From positions 23,395-45,621 of the forward strand of contig CAZEBC010000012.1 in the NCBI GenBank assembly GCA_964510165.1: DNA of 22,227 nucleotides, read 5' to 3'. The notes under the pieces are model-generated. The model ran no database searches and was not told the origin of the DNA. It saw nothing but the letters and a program-made list of their open reading frames with translations. How positions within the stretch are numbered: position 1 is the stretch's first letter; every line of letters begins with the position of its first letter. Made by a program: the position numbers and the translations under genes. This DNA is from an uncultured bacterium. GTDB taxonomy: Bacteria; Abyssobacteria; SURF-5. Shown in pieces: positions 20,394 to 22,227 of the stretch.

Positions 20394-21566
20394 ATGCCAG
20401 ACAGAAGAGAGGACGTTTCCAGACCCGGTGAAGCGCAAGTCCGGTACGAGGGCGAAACCACACGACCCATCGAGGAAAAGACCTTGTTCGATAAGATCGT
20501 CGCCGGCGCGTTTGGCGGAGGACGAGTCAAAGAAGAAATCATCACTTCGTTCCTGCGCCAACTAGTAATGTTGCTCGAGGCCGGCGTCACCTTGCTGCGG
20601 GGGATGAACACCCTTGCCGAGAGAACGTCAAACAAGACGTTTAGATCTGTCCTCAAGGACGTGGCTGACCGCATTGAAAGCGGCAACACCCTGTGGCAAT
20701 CGCTCTCTTACCACCCCAAGTATTTCAGTCACTTGTTCGTCAGCATCGTGCGTGCCGGTGAAAGTTCAGGCACGCTCACCGAGATACTTAATCGCCTCGC
20801 GGAGTACCGCGAGAAGAAATCCCTCCTGCGCAGACAGGTCAGATCGGCGCTGGCGTATCCGTTCGTCGTGTTCCTTGCCAGCATCGCCATTCTGATCCTG
20901 TTCCTCATAGTGGTCGTGCCTGAATTCGAATCACTGTTCGAGTCCTTTGAAATCGAATTGCCGGCCATCACCAAAATCGCGCTCGGGTTCTCGCACGCGT
21001 TGGTCAGCCTGTGGTGGCTGTGGATACTCATAATCGCTGGAGTGGTCGCTGGCGTGTGGTCCCTCGCGCGCACCCCGGTCGGGCGATTCCGCATTGACTA
21101 CTTCAAGCTGCGCGCGCCCATATTCGGAGAGGTCATCACCAAGAAGGTCGTGGCCGATTTCGCCCATACGTTCGCCACGCTCCTCAACGCGGGCATCTCC
21201 ATTCTCGAGACGCTTGACCTGACCAAGGAGGCGGTCGGAAATAAAGCCTTTGCCCAGGACCTCCAACAAGTGCGTGAATCTATCGAACGCGGGGAGGGCC
21301 TCGAAAAGCCGCTGAGGCGCTCAAAGGTCGTGCCTCCTCTGGTAACTGACATGCTTGCGACGGGTGAGGAATCGGGCGCCCTCGAACGGGTCTCCCGGCA
21401 GATGGCCCAGATATTTGAGCAGGAGGTCGAGACGGCGGTTACCACACTCCGCTCGCTCATTGAGCCGATCATGATCCTGGCGCTCGGCCTGATAGTGCTC
21501 TTCCTTACGCTCTCGTTCTTCTGGCCCTACGTCTCGCTTATCGAACAGATCACCACCGCAGTCTGA
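20394..21566 (+). CDS. gspF: GspF/PilC inner-membrane platform protein
   Basis: FLRQLVMLLEAGV, IESG..L..SL..HP..F, AGESSGTL, ALAYP, LLNAGI, GEESGALE, LIEPIMI; three TM segments. Confidence 0.95.
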   Translation: MPDRREDVSRPGEAQVRYEGETTRPIEEKTLFDKIVAGAFGGGRVKEEIITSFLRQLVMLLEAGVTLLRGMNTLAERTSNKTFRSVLKDVADRIESGNTLWQSLSYHPKYFSHLFVSIVRAGESSGTLTEILNRLAEYREKKSLLRRQVRSALAYPFVVFLASIAILILFLIVVVPEFESLFESFEIELPAITKIALGFSHALVSLWWLWILIIAGVVAGVWSLARTPVGRFRIDYFKLRAPIFGEVITKKVVADFAHTFATLLNAGISILETLDLTKEAVGNKAFAQDLQQVRESIERGEGLEKPLRRSKVVPPLVTDMLATGEESGALERVSRQMAQIFEQEVETAVTTLRSLIEPIMILALGLIVLFLTLSFFWPYVSLIEQITTAV

Positions 21567-21579
21567 ACGGGACGATCCC

Positions 21580-21620
21580 CGGGGCAAAGCGCCCGCCGAT
21601 GCGCTTTGCCCCGCTTCTTT
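21580..21620 (+). terminator. Rho-independent terminator of the secretion/pilus operon
   Basis: 13-bp perfect stem CGGGGCAAAGCGC / GCGCTTTGCCCCG with an 8-nt loop, followed by CTTCTTT; 13 nt after the gspF stop. Confidence 0.8.
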
Positions 21621-21713
21621 CCGCCATCCGCTCCCAAGTAGCATGACAATCTCATCTTTCCACGTCCCCGTAAGGCGTCGCCGAGGATTGCGGCGTGTCT
21701 CTGCAAACAGTGA

Positions 21714-22227
21714 TTACCGGCGGAACGACCACTCTTCGACGCTATAGTGAAAGTCGGAAGGCACCGCGTCGTTCCAGCTCTTCACTCTCCAGTAAATCCA
21801 GGTTCTCTCGGGGAATCCGGTCCACAGCGAACTGTCGATAGTGTATGAGGGCGAGGTGAGCATGGCGCTCTGGAATTGTTTGCTGAACCGGCGATTGAGC
21901 GAAAACTCTACGATGAAGCTGGTTTCGCAGCCGGGCGACCATGACAGGGTCGGCGGCTGATGCGATCTGGAGTGGTCTGCGGGCGCGAGCAGGTGAACCT
22001 GCTCGCATGTGTCCAATAGGAAAATCTTCGCGCCGTTCCCGCACGCGCCGGAAACAGTCAAACTCACGGTATAGGTGCCCGGGTACCCGTAGATATGTGA
22101 TGGGTTCTGTTCCGCACTGGTAGCTCCATCGCCGAAGTCCCACTGCCAGCTTGATATCATTCCGATGGACTCGTCCCGGAATTGTACCGAAACGCCGCCG
22201 GTGACGAGCCTCTGGGAAAGCGAGAAA
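21714..22227 (-). CDS. PKD-domain protein, C-terminal part (5' end outside the window)
   Basis: The frame stays open to the right edge. VQFRDES.G.ISSWQWDFGDGATSAEQNPSHIY..PGTYTVSLTV is a PKD repeat. It is followed by a Fn3/Ig-like tail (LLAPAD, PTLSW, IYWRVKS, WSF). Confidence 0.85.
   Translation of the reverse strand, partial: FSLSQRLVTGGVSVQFRDESIGMISSWQWDFGDGATSAEQNPSHIYGYPGTYTVSLTVSGACGNGAKIFLLDTCEQVHLLAPADHSRSHQPPTLSWSPGCETSFIVEFSLNRRFSKQFQSAMLTSPSYTIDSSLWTGFPERTWIYWRVKSWNDAVPSDFHYSVEEWSFRR

Overview
GC-rich bacterial chromosome segment; the organism cannot be named from the sequence. It has six blocks. (1) mreB-mreC on the minus strand; mreC runs off the left edge and is missing from the ORF track. 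(2) A divergent, translationally coupled operon: chorismate-utilising synthase component I (PabB/TrpE family), class IV PLP enzyme (PabC/IlvE family), rimI and a YkgJ-like Cys-cluster protein. (3) A sigma70-type promoter, a ~270-nt leader with three predicted hairpins, then five respiratory genes: pentaheme cytochrome c, Tat-exported Rieske protein, b6-type cytochrome b, subunit IV (PEWY) and a membrane-anchored nonaheme cytochrome c. (4) A stand-alone carB on the minus strand. (5) A promoter- and terminator-bounded type II secretion/type IV filament-like operon: an output-less coiled-coil-GAF-PAS protein, three minor pseudopilins (GspI/J/K-like), two tandem GspE/PilB ATPases and GspF/PilC. 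(6) The 3' end of a PKD-domain gene at the right edge. I saw no tRNA, rRNA, CRISPR array or transposase. The best candidates for undescribed systems are the b6-type Rieske complex bracketed by 5- and 9-heme cytochromes (with its structured leader) and the sensor-headed, twin-ATPase pseudopilus module. Family calls come from motif recognition and structures were paired by hand; no searches or folding programs were run.
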